Assembly (NCBI GenBank): GCA_964647275.1
Contig: CAZYFY010000005.1
Span: 46,723 to 110,722, forward strand
Origin: an uncultured Brevundimonas sp.
GTDB taxonomy: Bacteria > Pseudomonadota > Alphaproteobacteria > Caulobacterales > Caulobacteraceae
Direction of reading: 5' to 3'
Length of the DNA stretch: 64,000 bases
A model generated the notes under the pieces. That model did no database searches, was not told the DNA's origin, and was given only the letters and a program-made list of their open reading frames with translations. Positions within the stretch are counted from its first letter, which is position 1; each line of letters begins with the position of its first letter. Positions 50,153-58,099 of this stretch are shown one piece after another. The position numbers were made by a program, and so were the translations under genes.

Positions 50153-51327
50153 CCCGCAACAGCATCAATTCCTCCACCCAGGTCTGTCGCTCCGGCGTCA
50201 ACATCGACCCGACCCACGGCGCGGTGATTCCGCCGCTCTATCTGTCTTCGAACTTCAGCTTCGACGGCCTCGAAGGGAAGCGGAAGTACGACTATACCCG
50301 CTCCGGCAACCCAACCCGTGATCTCCTGGCCGACGCTCTCGCCGAGCTGGAAGGCGGCTGCGGCGCGGTCGTCACCTCCACCGGCATGGCCGCGGTCGAT
50401 CTGGCCCTGTCGGTGCTCGAGCCCGGCGATCTGCTGGTCGCCCCGCATGACTGCTACGGCGGCACCCATCGCCTGCTCACCGCCCGCGCCCGTCGCGGAC
50501 ATTTCTCGGTCACCTTTGTGGATCAGGGCGATGATGCCGCCGTCGAAGCCGCGCTCAAGCTTAAGCCGCGCCTTCTGCTGATCGAGACGCCGTCCAATCC
50601 GCTGCTGCGCGTCGTCGATGTGGCCGCCCTGTGTCGCCGCGCCCAGGCTGTGGGCGCGCTGGTGGCGGTGGACAACACCTTCCTGTCGCCGGCGCTCCAG
50701 ACCCCCATCGCCCTGGGCGCGGACATCGTCATCCATTCGACGACCAAGTACATCAACGGCCATTCGGATGTGGTCGGCGGAGCCGTGGTGGCGGCCGACC
50801 CGAAGGTGCTGGAACAACTGGCCTGGTGGGCCAACTGTCTGGGAACGACGGGTTCGCCGTTCGATTCCTGGCTGACCCTGCGCGGCGTCCGCACCCTGTT
50901 CGCCCGCATCGAGCGCCAGCAGGCAACCGCCGGCAAGATCGCTGAATGGCTGGAGGCCCATCCCCAGGTCGCCCGCGTCAACTATCCCGGCCTGAAATCC
51001 CACCCCAATCACGACCTCGCGGCCCGTCAACAGAAAGGCTTCGGTGCCATGCTTTCGGTCGAGCTGCATGGCGGCATCGATGCGGTGCGCGTCTTCGCCG
51101 AGAGCCTGGACATCTTCACGCTCGCGGAGTCCCTCGGCGGCGTCGAAAGTCTGATCGCCCATCCCGCCCTGATGACCCATGCCGCCATGGACCCCGACGC
51201 CCGCCGTGCCGCCGGTATCGGCGACGGTCTGGTCCGTCTGTCCATCGGGCTGGAACACGAAGACGACCTGCTCGCTGACCTCTCTCAGGCCCTCGCGGCC
51301 GTTCCCGCCAACGCCAAAGCTGCCTGA
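50149..51327 (+). CDS. Cys/Met-metabolism PLP enzyme (cystathionine gamma-synthase / O-acylhomoserine sulfhydrylase family)
   Basis: YTRSGNPT, DNTFLSP, HSTTKYINGHSD (PLP lysine). 4-nt overlap with metX. Confidence 0.85.
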   Translation: MTRNSINSSTQVCRSGVNIDPTHGAVIPPLYLSSNFSFDGLEGKRKYDYTRSGNPTRDLLADALAELEGGCGAVVTSTGMAAVDLALSVLEPGDLLVAPHDCYGGTHRLLTARARRGHFSVTFVDQGDDAAVEAALKLKPRLLLIETPSNPLLRVVDVAALCRRAQAVGALVAVDNTFLSPALQTPIALGADIVIHSTTKYINGHSDVVGGAVVAADPKVLEQLAWWANCLGTTGSPFDSWLTLRGVRTLFARIERQQATAGKIAEWLEAHPQVARVNYPGLKSHPNHDLAARQQKGFGAMLSVELHGGIDAVRVFAESLDIFTLAESLGGVESLIAHPALMTHAAMDPDARRAAGIGDGLVRLSIGLEHEDDLLADLSQALAAVPANAKAA

Positions 51328-51335
51328 GGCCCGCC

Positions 51336-52547
51336 ATGACCGCACAGTTCGCTCTGAATCCCCTCGCCGGTCGTCGGACGCCTGCTTCCGATCCCGTCGC
51401 CCTGATCCATGTGGCCCTCAACGACGAGCGCAGCATTCGCAACGCCGCCAGCGATCTCTATCGCCAGGCCAGACAAGGTCGCCGGGCCGTCGCCGTCGTT
51501 TCCGGGCACGTCGAAGCCCTGGCCAGTCAGTGCGACCTGATCGGTCTGGGGGCCGTGACGGCCGCTCCCCACGCCCCGGCCCTCGTCCATGAGCCGGTTG
51601 TCCTGGTCCAGGGCACGGGATCGGTCCGCACGCCGGAGGTCGCCCCCCCCCGTCGCCTGCGCATTGCGATCGCCGGATGCGGTGTCGTCGGTGGCGGCCT
51701 CTATTTCCGGCTGGTTGACGACCCTCGCTTTGACGTCGTCGGCGTTCTTGTCCGCACCGCCAACCGCCTTCGGTCGCCTCAGCCTGACCCCGCCCGGGTC
51801 TTCACCCAGGCGAGCGACCTGCTCGCCGCCGGGCCCGACATTGTCATCGATTGCCTGTCGGAGGCCAAGGCCGGCCTCGATCTCACCCGTGGGGCCCTCG
51901 AACGCGGGATTTCCGTCATCAGCGCCAACAAGCAGGCCATCGGGGATCACATCGAAGCCCTCACCGCCCTGGCTACGGCCCGCAACACAGCCTTTGCCTG
52001 CTCAGCTGCCGTCGGCGGGGGGGCCCCGGTCATAGAAACCCTCCTGCGAGCGAAGGCCCATGGTCCGGTGGCGCGCATCGAGGGCGTGCTCAACGGCACG
52101 GTCAACTTCCTGCTCAACCAGCTCTGTCAGGGCTGTGCCTTTGGGGAAGCCCTGGCGGATGCCCGCTTGCGCGGCTTTGCCGAGGAGGATCCCTCGTCTG
52201 ATCTCGAGGGCCATGATGCCGCTGCCAAGATCACGATTCTGTCCAGCCTGGCGTGGGGCAGCGCCCCGCCCATCCTGGCCACCGAAACCCTGAGCGCCCG
52301 GACCCAGCTCCCGCCAGGACCGGTTCGTCAGATCGCCCGCGCGGACGCCGGCACTGCCACCATCAGCCTTGAATCCGTGACAGACGACACCTTGTTCGCC
52401 GACCTCCCGGACGAGTGGAATGCGTTGCGTGTCATCTGTGAGGACGGCACCGTCTTCACCTGTAGCGGGCGCGGTGCCGGTCGCTGGCCAACCGCAGAAA
52501 GCGTCTGGGCCGATTTGCTCGATCTGCTGGATCAGCGCGCGGGCTAG
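51336..52547 (+). CDS. hom: Homoserine dehydrogenase, atypical (about 100-aa N-terminal extension, no C-terminal ACT domain)
   Basis: IAIAGCGVVGGG (NAD site), ANKQAI, GVLNGTVNFLL, DPSSDLEGHDAAAKI. The protein ends shortly after the catalytic domain. Confidence 0.8.
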   Translation: MTAQFALNPLAGRRTPASDPVALIHVALNDERSIRNAASDLYRQARQGRRAVAVVSGHVEALASQCDLIGLGAVTAAPHAPALVHEPVVLVQGTGSVRTPEVAPPRRLRIAIAGCGVVGGGLYFRLVDDPRFDVVGVLVRTANRLRSPQPDPARVFTQASDLLAAGPDIVIDCLSEAKAGLDLTRGALERGISVISANKQAIGDHIEALTALATARNTAFACSAAVGGGAPVIETLLRAKAHGPVARIEGVLNGTVNFLLNQLCQGCAFGEALADARLRGFAEEDPSSDLEGHDAAAKITILSSLAWGSAPPILATETLSARTQLPPGPVRQIARADAGTATISLESVTDDTLFADLPDEWNALRVICEDGTVFTCSGRGAGRWPTAESVWADLLDLLDQRAG

Positions 52548-52573
52548 GCTCGAGGGCCTGTCCTTCTGTCTTT

Positions 52574-52728
52574 TTGTCATCCCGGCCAAGCCGCCTCGCG
52601 GCGCAGAGCCGGGACAACGGTCCAGCTCGCTGCGCCCTTTGGGCGTGAATAGCGGTGCCGGACGCTGACCATCCCGACAGTCGAACCCTTGTCCCGGATA
52701 AGCACTTCGCGCTTTCCGGGATGACAAG
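52574..52728. repeat. REPIN-like doublet of GTCATCCCGG...CCGGGACAA hairpins in inverted orientation
   Basis: H1 at 52574-52617 is TTGTCATCCCGGC..GCCGGGACAA. H2 at 52688-52728 is CTTGTCCCGGA..TCCGGGATGACAAG, the reverse-orientation version. Confidence 0.65.
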
Positions 52729-52824
52729 AATTCAGCCCGAATGATCGAAGGGGCCTGACCGTCAGGTCTCGACAATGGCCTCGCTTGGGCGAAGATGGCC
52801 TCCTCCACACAGGAGGAAATCGTC

Positions 52825-53208
52825 ATGCGCCTCGCCCTCGCCGCCGCCCTGACCCTGTTCGCCACCCCCGCCCTCGTGCAGGCGCAGACCCGCTTCAATC
52901 TCGACTGCCGCGAGTTCGAGGATCGCGACACACTTGGAACCCATATCGACCATCAGTTCTCGGTCGATCTCGACGCCATGAGCGTGTGCCGGCGCGGCAA
53001 TCCGCGTTGCGCCGAGGTCGTGCGGCAGGGCCGCTTCCTTGAGTTCAGCTACCGCTTTCAGGACGGCGACCATGCGATGGAGGTTTTCCGTCTCTATGAT
53101 CCCGAGACCGGCTGGCTGACCCAGATCATGCGCCGCGTCGGTGAGCCGGGCCGTTCCTACGGCGACGCCGTGTGCGAAGTTCGCCCCTTCACGGCCGTCA
53201 CGGACTGA
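52825..53208 (+). CDS. Hypothetical secreted protein
   Basis: Strong AGGAGG SD 8 nt upstream of the ATG at 52825. Signal MRLALAAALTLFATPALVQA. Confidence 0.55.
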   Translation: MRLALAAALTLFATPALVQAQTRFNLDCREFEDRDTLGTHIDHQFSVDLDAMSVCRRGNPRCAEVVRQGRFLEFSYRFQDGDHAMEVFRLYDPETGWLTQIMRRVGEPGRSYGDAVCEVRPFTAVTD

Positions 53209-53265
53209 CATCGGCGCGCGAACCGGCTATAGGCGCGCCTCCTTATCCAATCCCGCTAGAGCGCC

Positions 53266-54363
53266 ATGGCCCTGAAAGTCGCGATCGTCGGCCTGCCGAA
53301 TGTCGGCAAGTCCACCCTGTTCAACGCCCTCACCAAGACGGCGGCGGCCCAGGCCGCCAACTATCCGTTCTGCACCATCGAGCCGAACACCGGCGACGTC
53401 GCCGTGCCCGAGCCGCGCCTGGACGTGCTCGCCAAGATCGCCGGCTCGAAAGAGATCATCCCCTCGCGCATCACCTTCGTCGATGTCGCCGGTCTGGTGC
53501 GCGGTGCCTCCAAGGGCGAGGGCCTGGGCAATCAGTTCCTGGCCAATATCCGTGACTGTGACGCCATCGCCTTCGTCGCTCGCTGCTTCGTCGATGACGA
53601 CATCACCCACGTCGAGGACCGCATCGATCCGATCGGCGATCTGGAGATCATCGAGACCGAGCTGATGCTGGCCGACCTCGAAAGCCTCGAACGCCGCGTC
53701 GTCCAGACCGAGAAACGCGCCAAGGGCGGCGACAAGGAATCGCAAGGCCAGCTCAAGCTGATGAACCTCGCGCTGGACCAACTGCGCGAGGGCAAGCCGG
53801 CCCGCCTGGCCGAGATCTCAAAGGAAGACCGCAAGGGCTGGGACATGCTCCAGCTCCTGACCGCCCTGCCCGCCCTCTATGTCGCCAACGTCGATGAGGC
53901 TTCCGCCGCCGGCGGCAATGACCTGTCGGCCAAGGTCGCCGAACGCGCCCGCGCCGACAATGCCGAGACCGTCATCATCTCCGCCCAGATCGAGTCCGAG
54001 ATCGCCACGCTCGACGACGCCGAACAGGCCGAGTTCCTCGAAACCCTCGACCTGACCGAGCCGGGCCTGAACCGCCTGATCCGTTCGGCCTATGACCTCT
54101 TGGGCCTGCAGACCTATTTCACCGTCGGCCCGAAAGAGGCCCGCGCCTGGACCATCCACATCGGCGACACCGCCCCCCAGGCCGCAGGCGTCATCCACAC
54201 CGACTTCGAAAAAGGCTTCATCCGCGCCGAAACCGTCGCCTACGACGACTTCGTCGCCCTGGGCGGTGAATCCAAAGCCCGCGAGGCTGGCAAACTCCGC
54301 GCCGAAGGCAAGAGCTACGTCGTCAAGGACGGCGACGTGATGCACTTCCTGTTTAATAACTGA
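53266..54363 (+). CDS. ychF: Ribosome-binding ATPase YchF
   Basis: GLPNVGKSTLFNAL, DVAGLV.GASKGEGLGNQFL, and the C-terminal TGS-like domain. Confidence 0.95.
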   Translation: MALKVAIVGLPNVGKSTLFNALTKTAAAQAANYPFCTIEPNTGDVAVPEPRLDVLAKIAGSKEIIPSRITFVDVAGLVRGASKGEGLGNQFLANIRDCDAIAFVARCFVDDDITHVEDRIDPIGDLEIIETELMLADLESLERRVVQTEKRAKGGDKESQGQLKLMNLALDQLREGKPARLAEISKEDRKGWDMLQLLTALPALYVANVDEASAAGGNDLSAKVAERARADNAETVIISAQIESEIATLDDAEQAEFLETLDLTEPGLNRLIRSAYDLLGLQTYFTVGPKEARAWTIHIGDTAPQAAGVIHTDFEKGFIRAETVAYDDFVALGGESKAREAGKLRAEGKSYVVKDGDVMHFLFNN

Positions 54364-55085
54364 CGCCCCGGGACACGAACGCTTTTCACCGAAAAGCGTA
54401 CGTGTCCCGATCCAGTGCGCCCCAACGACGTGCGCGGCCGCCCCCTCGCCGGCTCCGTCAATCGCCGCCCAAACCTCGCCTCCAACGCCTTGACCCAGTC
54501 CCCTGCCCCCAGGGGCCGCCCGGTCGTGGCAGCACGCTGCAGCTTGCGCTGTGCGTCCGCCGAGACGTCACACGCAAACAGCTGATCCAACTCCGGCCCG
54601 AACCGCTCGACCACCGGCTCCGGCGTCAACAACGGATCGGCCTGCCCGCTCAGATGCGCCTTCACGCTCGACCACGGCCAGTCGACCGCCGTCTGCGTCA
54701 AACCGGCGCGCACTGAGTTCAGGCCGACATAGCGAACACAGGCCCGCAGATAGTCCTCATCCATCGGAAATGAGGCGAACCGCCCCTGCCACAGATACCC
54801 GCGCCACCTCTCGCGACAGTTGATATGGCGCGTGTAGCGCAGATGCGTCGTCCCCACTGCCTTCGCCAGCCCCTCGGTCGTCTTCGGCGTGGCGATCAGA
54901 TGCACATGGTTCGGCATCAGACAGTAGGCCCAGACCTCGACCCCGGCCTCAGCAAGTGCCTCCGCCGCGATCTGCAGATAGGTCAGATAATCGGCGTCAC
55001 GAAAGAACGTCTGCTGACGCCGATTGCCCCGCTGGGTGACATGATGCGGGCATCCCGGAACAACAACGCGCGCCATACGCGGCAT
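54315..55085 (-). CDS. REP-associated tyrosine transposase (RAYT; IS200/Y1 HUH family)
   Basis: HUH motif LMPNHVHLI and catalytic-Tyr region RYVGLNSVRAGL. Flanked by REP palindromes. The ORF tail reads through REP1 and overlaps the ychF 3' end by 49 nt. Confidence 0.85.
   Translation of the reverse strand: MPRMARVVVPGCPHHVTQRGNRRQQTFFRDADYLTYLQIAAEALAEAGVEVWAYCLMPNHVHLIATPKTTEGLAKAVGTTHLRYTRHINCRERWRGYLWQGRFASFPMDEDYLRACVRYVGLNSVRAGLTQTAVDWPWSSVKAHLSGQADPLLTPEPVVERFGPELDQLFACDVSADAQRKLQRAATTGRPLGAGDWVKALEARFGRRLTEPARGRPRTSLGRTGSGHVRFSVKSVRVPGRQLLNRKCITSPSLTT
54370..54408. repeat. REP palindrome 1 (GGGACACGAACGCTTTTC-ACC-GAAAAGCGTACGTGTCCC)
   Basis: 18-nt arms with one mismatch, 6 nt after the ychF stop and inside the 3' end of the RAYT ORF. 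Confidence 0.85.
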
Positions 55086-55150
55086 GACCAGACCTCCGTT
55101 CGCCCACCCTTGTTCACTCTTCGTTCCCAGATTTCAAGCGCCGCTGCACC

Positions 55151-55193
55151 GGGACATGCTCGCATTTCGCCCGCAAAATAGCATGCGTGTCCC
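55151..55193. repeat. REP palindrome 2 (GGGACATGCTCGCATTTC...GCATGCGTGTCCC)
   Basis: Imperfect palindrome 65 nt upstream of the RAYT start. Same GGGACA..GC..GC.TTTC family as REP1 and REP3. Confidence 0.8.
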
Positions 55194-56962
55194 GCGACCA
55201 GGAGGTACGCTGGCGGTTAAAGAGTGTGTGTCCCTGTTTCCTCGGCACCCTGCGCGGCGCAGCGGGCAGCGCCCTCACCCAGGGCGTGGCCGTCGCCACC
55301 GGTCTGCAGGATCAGTTCAACTGGGCCGACGTCGCCGTCCAGGCCCTCGGCGGTGGCGTCGGAGCCAGGGTCCAGGCCTGGCCCGGCGCGGACCGGTTCG
55401 GGGTCGTCTCCGGGATAGCCGGTGGCTTCGCCGGCGCCGGTGCCCGCTCCCTCGTCGAAGGCACGAGCTTCGGCGACAACCTGATGAGCGCCCTGCCGGG
55501 GATCATCGGCAATACGATTGGGAATGCCGTGGCGAGCGGGATCACGGCCAGAGGGGCGGCGAGACCGGGGCAGGGTTTGACCAAGGCCATGCGGTCCACA
55601 CCCGGCTACGCCACCGACGATGTGCTCAACTTCGACCTGCTGCACGCCAGGATGGGGGATGGGCTTTGGTTGGCCTCCGATCCGGGCGGCGGCTACCTGA
55701 CATTGGGAGCCGAAGGGGTCGCCTTCCAGGCCGAACTTGAAGCCATGCGTGGCGAAGGGGCTCGTAACATTGACCGTCGGATGCAGATTAACGGCCAGAC
55801 TGTTCGCGCCTCTGGGGTCAGCTTGCCCCAGTATCTTGGACAACGTGCCGACGGGCTGCACTACTATTCGGTGATGCCGGTCCATTCTCAGGTGCACGTT
55901 GATGGAGTGCTGCGCGCGACGGAGCTGACCTCGCGACCGGCGATTTTCACCAGCGCCGAACGACGCGCCTTTGAGGTTGAATTCTACCTCGACGGAGAAG
56001 GTACCGATCAGGCCGTCTACTGGGCCGTGCGGGATAGGCACAATAGCGACATCGCCAGTCAAGCGATCCGGGCCGAGACGGGGGTCTATAACCTGACCGG
56101 CGTAGACATGACCCTGACGATTTCGGATCCCTATTACGGCCTTTGGGGTGACGAAGGGTTTGCCTTCCGCACGGGCCTGGAAAACCACGTGCTGGGTAAT
56201 CTCATGGCGGGTCAGGCCATTGTGGCCGATCCGGTCGGGGCGGTGAAGGCGGTCGGCACACAGGTGCTCTATACCATTGATCCCGGCAACTGGGGCGAGA
56301 TCGTTCAGAACTCGTGGGATGGCGTAGTCGGCTACGTCGGCGGGCTAAGGCTGGCCGCTGAACACGGACGCCTCTCAGAAGCCCTGGCGGAAGACGCAGG
56401 CGGCGGTTCGCTGGCGGCGCTAGGCACGGTGGTTGCACCATTTTCTAGTTCCACCAGGCGAGCCGTTATCGACACCATAGATCTCGATCCAGCGGACGTG
56501 GCGTCGCATATCAACCGGATCAGAGATGGTGGTGGTCATGCATTCCAGCGGCACGGCGCTCATATTGACGACCCGGCAGTCTTGCGAAGAGCGATTACAG
56601 GTGAAGCTCCCGACGGTACCTTTAGTAGGGTAAGTGGAGTCGTCCACCGCGAATCGTCCACGATTTTCGACAGCGACGACCTGATGGTCAGGGCCGATCT
56701 GCTTTTGCGGCGTGATCGCCTGGGGCCGGAGGTAGCTCGGTTATCTCGAAACGGCCCGATTGCCGACGGCCACCGCCTATCGATTGAAGATGTCGATGCG
56801 GGCCGGATAGTTGGCCATGGCTTCAGACCCGCCGGACGATCTCTAGATGTTTACGGACCACCGGCTCCCATACTGCCAACCGCGATCACGGGGAGGTTCA
56901 TCTTTGACGCATCTTCAGGCCAGTGGTTAACTCACACCCTTTTCCCAACGGTTCCAAAATGA
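55187..56962 (+). CDS. Polymorphic-toxin remnant: 5'-truncated, Gly-zipper-like region, unknown middle domain, intact C-terminal toxin-like module (possibly RNase-type)
   Basis: The ORF opens at a GTG inside REP2, so the first ~20 aa are repeat-encoded and there is no secretion domain. Gly-rich GIAGGFAGAGA / GIIGNTIGNAVASG segments. C-terminal GGGHAFQRHGAHIDDPAVLRRA ... GRFIFDASSGQWLTHTLFP. Followed by an ATGA-coupled small gene. Confidence 0.6.
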   Translation: MSRDQEVRWRLKSVCPCFLGTLRGAAGSALTQGVAVATGLQDQFNWADVAVQALGGGVGARVQAWPGADRFGVVSGIAGGFAGAGARSLVEGTSFGDNLMSALPGIIGNTIGNAVASGITARGAARPGQGLTKAMRSTPGYATDDVLNFDLLHARMGDGLWLASDPGGGYLTLGAEGVAFQAELEAMRGEGARNIDRRMQINGQTVRASGVSLPQYLGQRADGLHYYSVMPVHSQVHVDGVLRATELTSRPAIFTSAERRAFEVEFYLDGEGTDQAVYWAVRDRHNSDIASQAIRAETGVYNLTGVDMTLTISDPYYGLWGDEGFAFRTGLENHVLGNLMAGQAIVADPVGAVKAVGTQVLYTIDPGNWGEIVQNSWDGVVGYVGGLRLAAEHGRLSEALAEDAGGGSLAALGTVVAPFSSSTRRAVIDTIDLDPADVASHINRIRDGGGHAFQRHGAHIDDPAVLRRAITGEAPDGTFSRVSGVVHRESSTIFDSDDLMVRADLLLRRDRLGPEVARLSRNGPIADGHRLSIEDVDAGRIVGHGFRPAGRSLDVYGPPAPILPTAITGRFIFDASSGQWLTHTLFPTVPK

Positions 56963-57261
56963 CAGCTACGCTAAACGAGGGTGAGCGCGCCGCGCTTGAT
57001 GTCGTTCTCATGCAGATAGATCCACGGTTTGAAGATAATCAAGAGGCTGCGTACCAAATAGCCTTCAATATTCTTTCTCTTCGTCCCGACATAAGATCTT
57101 GCTATAGATCAGCAATCAGAAAGACAATGTCCGATTTGAATTTCGATTTTAGCGATATTATCGAGAAGTATGAGCTAAATTACGGATCTGAGCACGAGAC
57201 GGCTCGCGAAACCGTACTCCGAATGCTGGTAGAGCCGTTCGAGAAGGTAGGCCTGTTATGA
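56959..57261 (+). CDS. Putative cognate immunity protein (100 aa, acidic, helical)
   Basis: ATG overlaps the toxin TGA (ATGA). About 46% G+C by hand count in a GC-rich genome. No family recognised. Alternative GTG start at 56923. Confidence 0.55.
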   Translation: MTATLNEGERAALDVVLMQIDPRFEDNQEAAYQIAFNILSLRPDIRSCYRSAIRKTMSDLNFDFSDIIEKYELNYGSEHETARETVLRMLVEPFEKVGLL

Positions 57262-57383
57262 CGCAATTGCCTGATTGGGACGCCCGTCCCCTGCACCCTT
57301 CGAAAACCCTCTCCTCGCCCTCACCGCCGCCAATATCGGCGATGCAAGCCGGTCAGGTCCGACCCTGGATGCGCCCACATCCA

Positions 57384-57664
57384 TTCCACCGTCTACCAAT
57401 CCTCGTACACTTTCGGGGTGTAATCTCGCCCGTCTCGATACGGGTTTGCGGCCTCGGGCCTGATCCTTATCCCCGTGGCCTTTCGGTCGATTAGGATGGA
57501 CAACAGGTCGGGCTGAGCCTTCGGCCGCCCTTATGGTCTTTGGCATCGTCGTTGTTTGCAGGCCGCGCCTCTAGCGGTTCGCCATGGCCCCGTTGTCGCG
57601 GTCCTATCCCCATATCCGCATCCGTAGACCTCGGACTTTTCCGTCCACCGTGGAAACTGACACC
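57384..57664. repeat. Dispersed ~281-bp element, copy B
   Basis: See copy A. Lies between the immunity-like gene and the YD/LysM fragment. Confidence 0.75.
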
Positions 57665-58099
57665 TTCGCCCGACCGAGACCCGGCACTATTACGACGTCA
57701 ATGGCCGTCTGACCTTTGCCGACATTCACGATGGGCGTCATCGCACGGTCAGCTTCGTGACCGATGGGGCCGGTCAGGTGCTGAGCCGCCAGGAGTTCTC
57801 CAGCGCGACGACCAATCCTAAATCCGTGGCCTATTATTTTGATGGGCTGAAGGTGGCGGATATCACCAATGATGGGGCCCAGATCACCGACTATGCGTCG
57901 GTGGTGGGGCGTCGGGTGCGCACGGGTCCGGGGACGGGGACCGGTCCGTTCCAGGGGGGCGGCTGGGGCGCGATCCAGGAGGCGGACTTCTCCCAGGCCT
58001 ATGATCCGATCCATCCCAATGCCCTGCCCGCCACGGCCCGCTCGGTGGTGGTTCAGGGCGGCGACACGCTGTCGTCGGTGGCGCGGGCCTTTGCAATGC
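57661..58099 (+). pseudogene. Fragment of a YD-repeat/LysM-type polymorphic toxin gene
   Basis: Frame opens at 57661: RHYYDVNGRLTF (YD repeat), YYFDGLKVADITNDG, ADFSQAYDPI, VVVQGGDTLSSVARAF (start of a LysM motif) cut by REP3. No start or N-terminus. Runs in frame into the radical-SAM gene. Confidence 0.55.

Larger units (their letters stand above)
54370..55193 (-). mobile_element. REP-RAYT-REP unit
   Basis: A RAYT gene bracketed by two REP palindromes of the same family. Confidence 0.75.

Noticed and set aside
49040-51345. Two long minus-strand ORFs (365 and 432 aa)
   Set aside because: Both are antisense to metX and the PLP enzyme, which have clear catalytic motifs and a riboswitch leader.
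55217-56188. 323-aa minus-strand ORF
   Set aside because: It is antisense to the toxin remnant. The plus-strand frame continues into a coherent CT module with a coupled downstream gene.
57258-57494. 78-aa ORF whose ATG overlaps the immunity-gene stop (second ATGA junction)
   Set aside because: It is Pro/Ser-rich and GC-rich and runs into the 281-bp repeat. The equivalent frame in copy A is only a 19-codon stub. It is probably fortuitous, though a short coupled peptide cannot be excluded.
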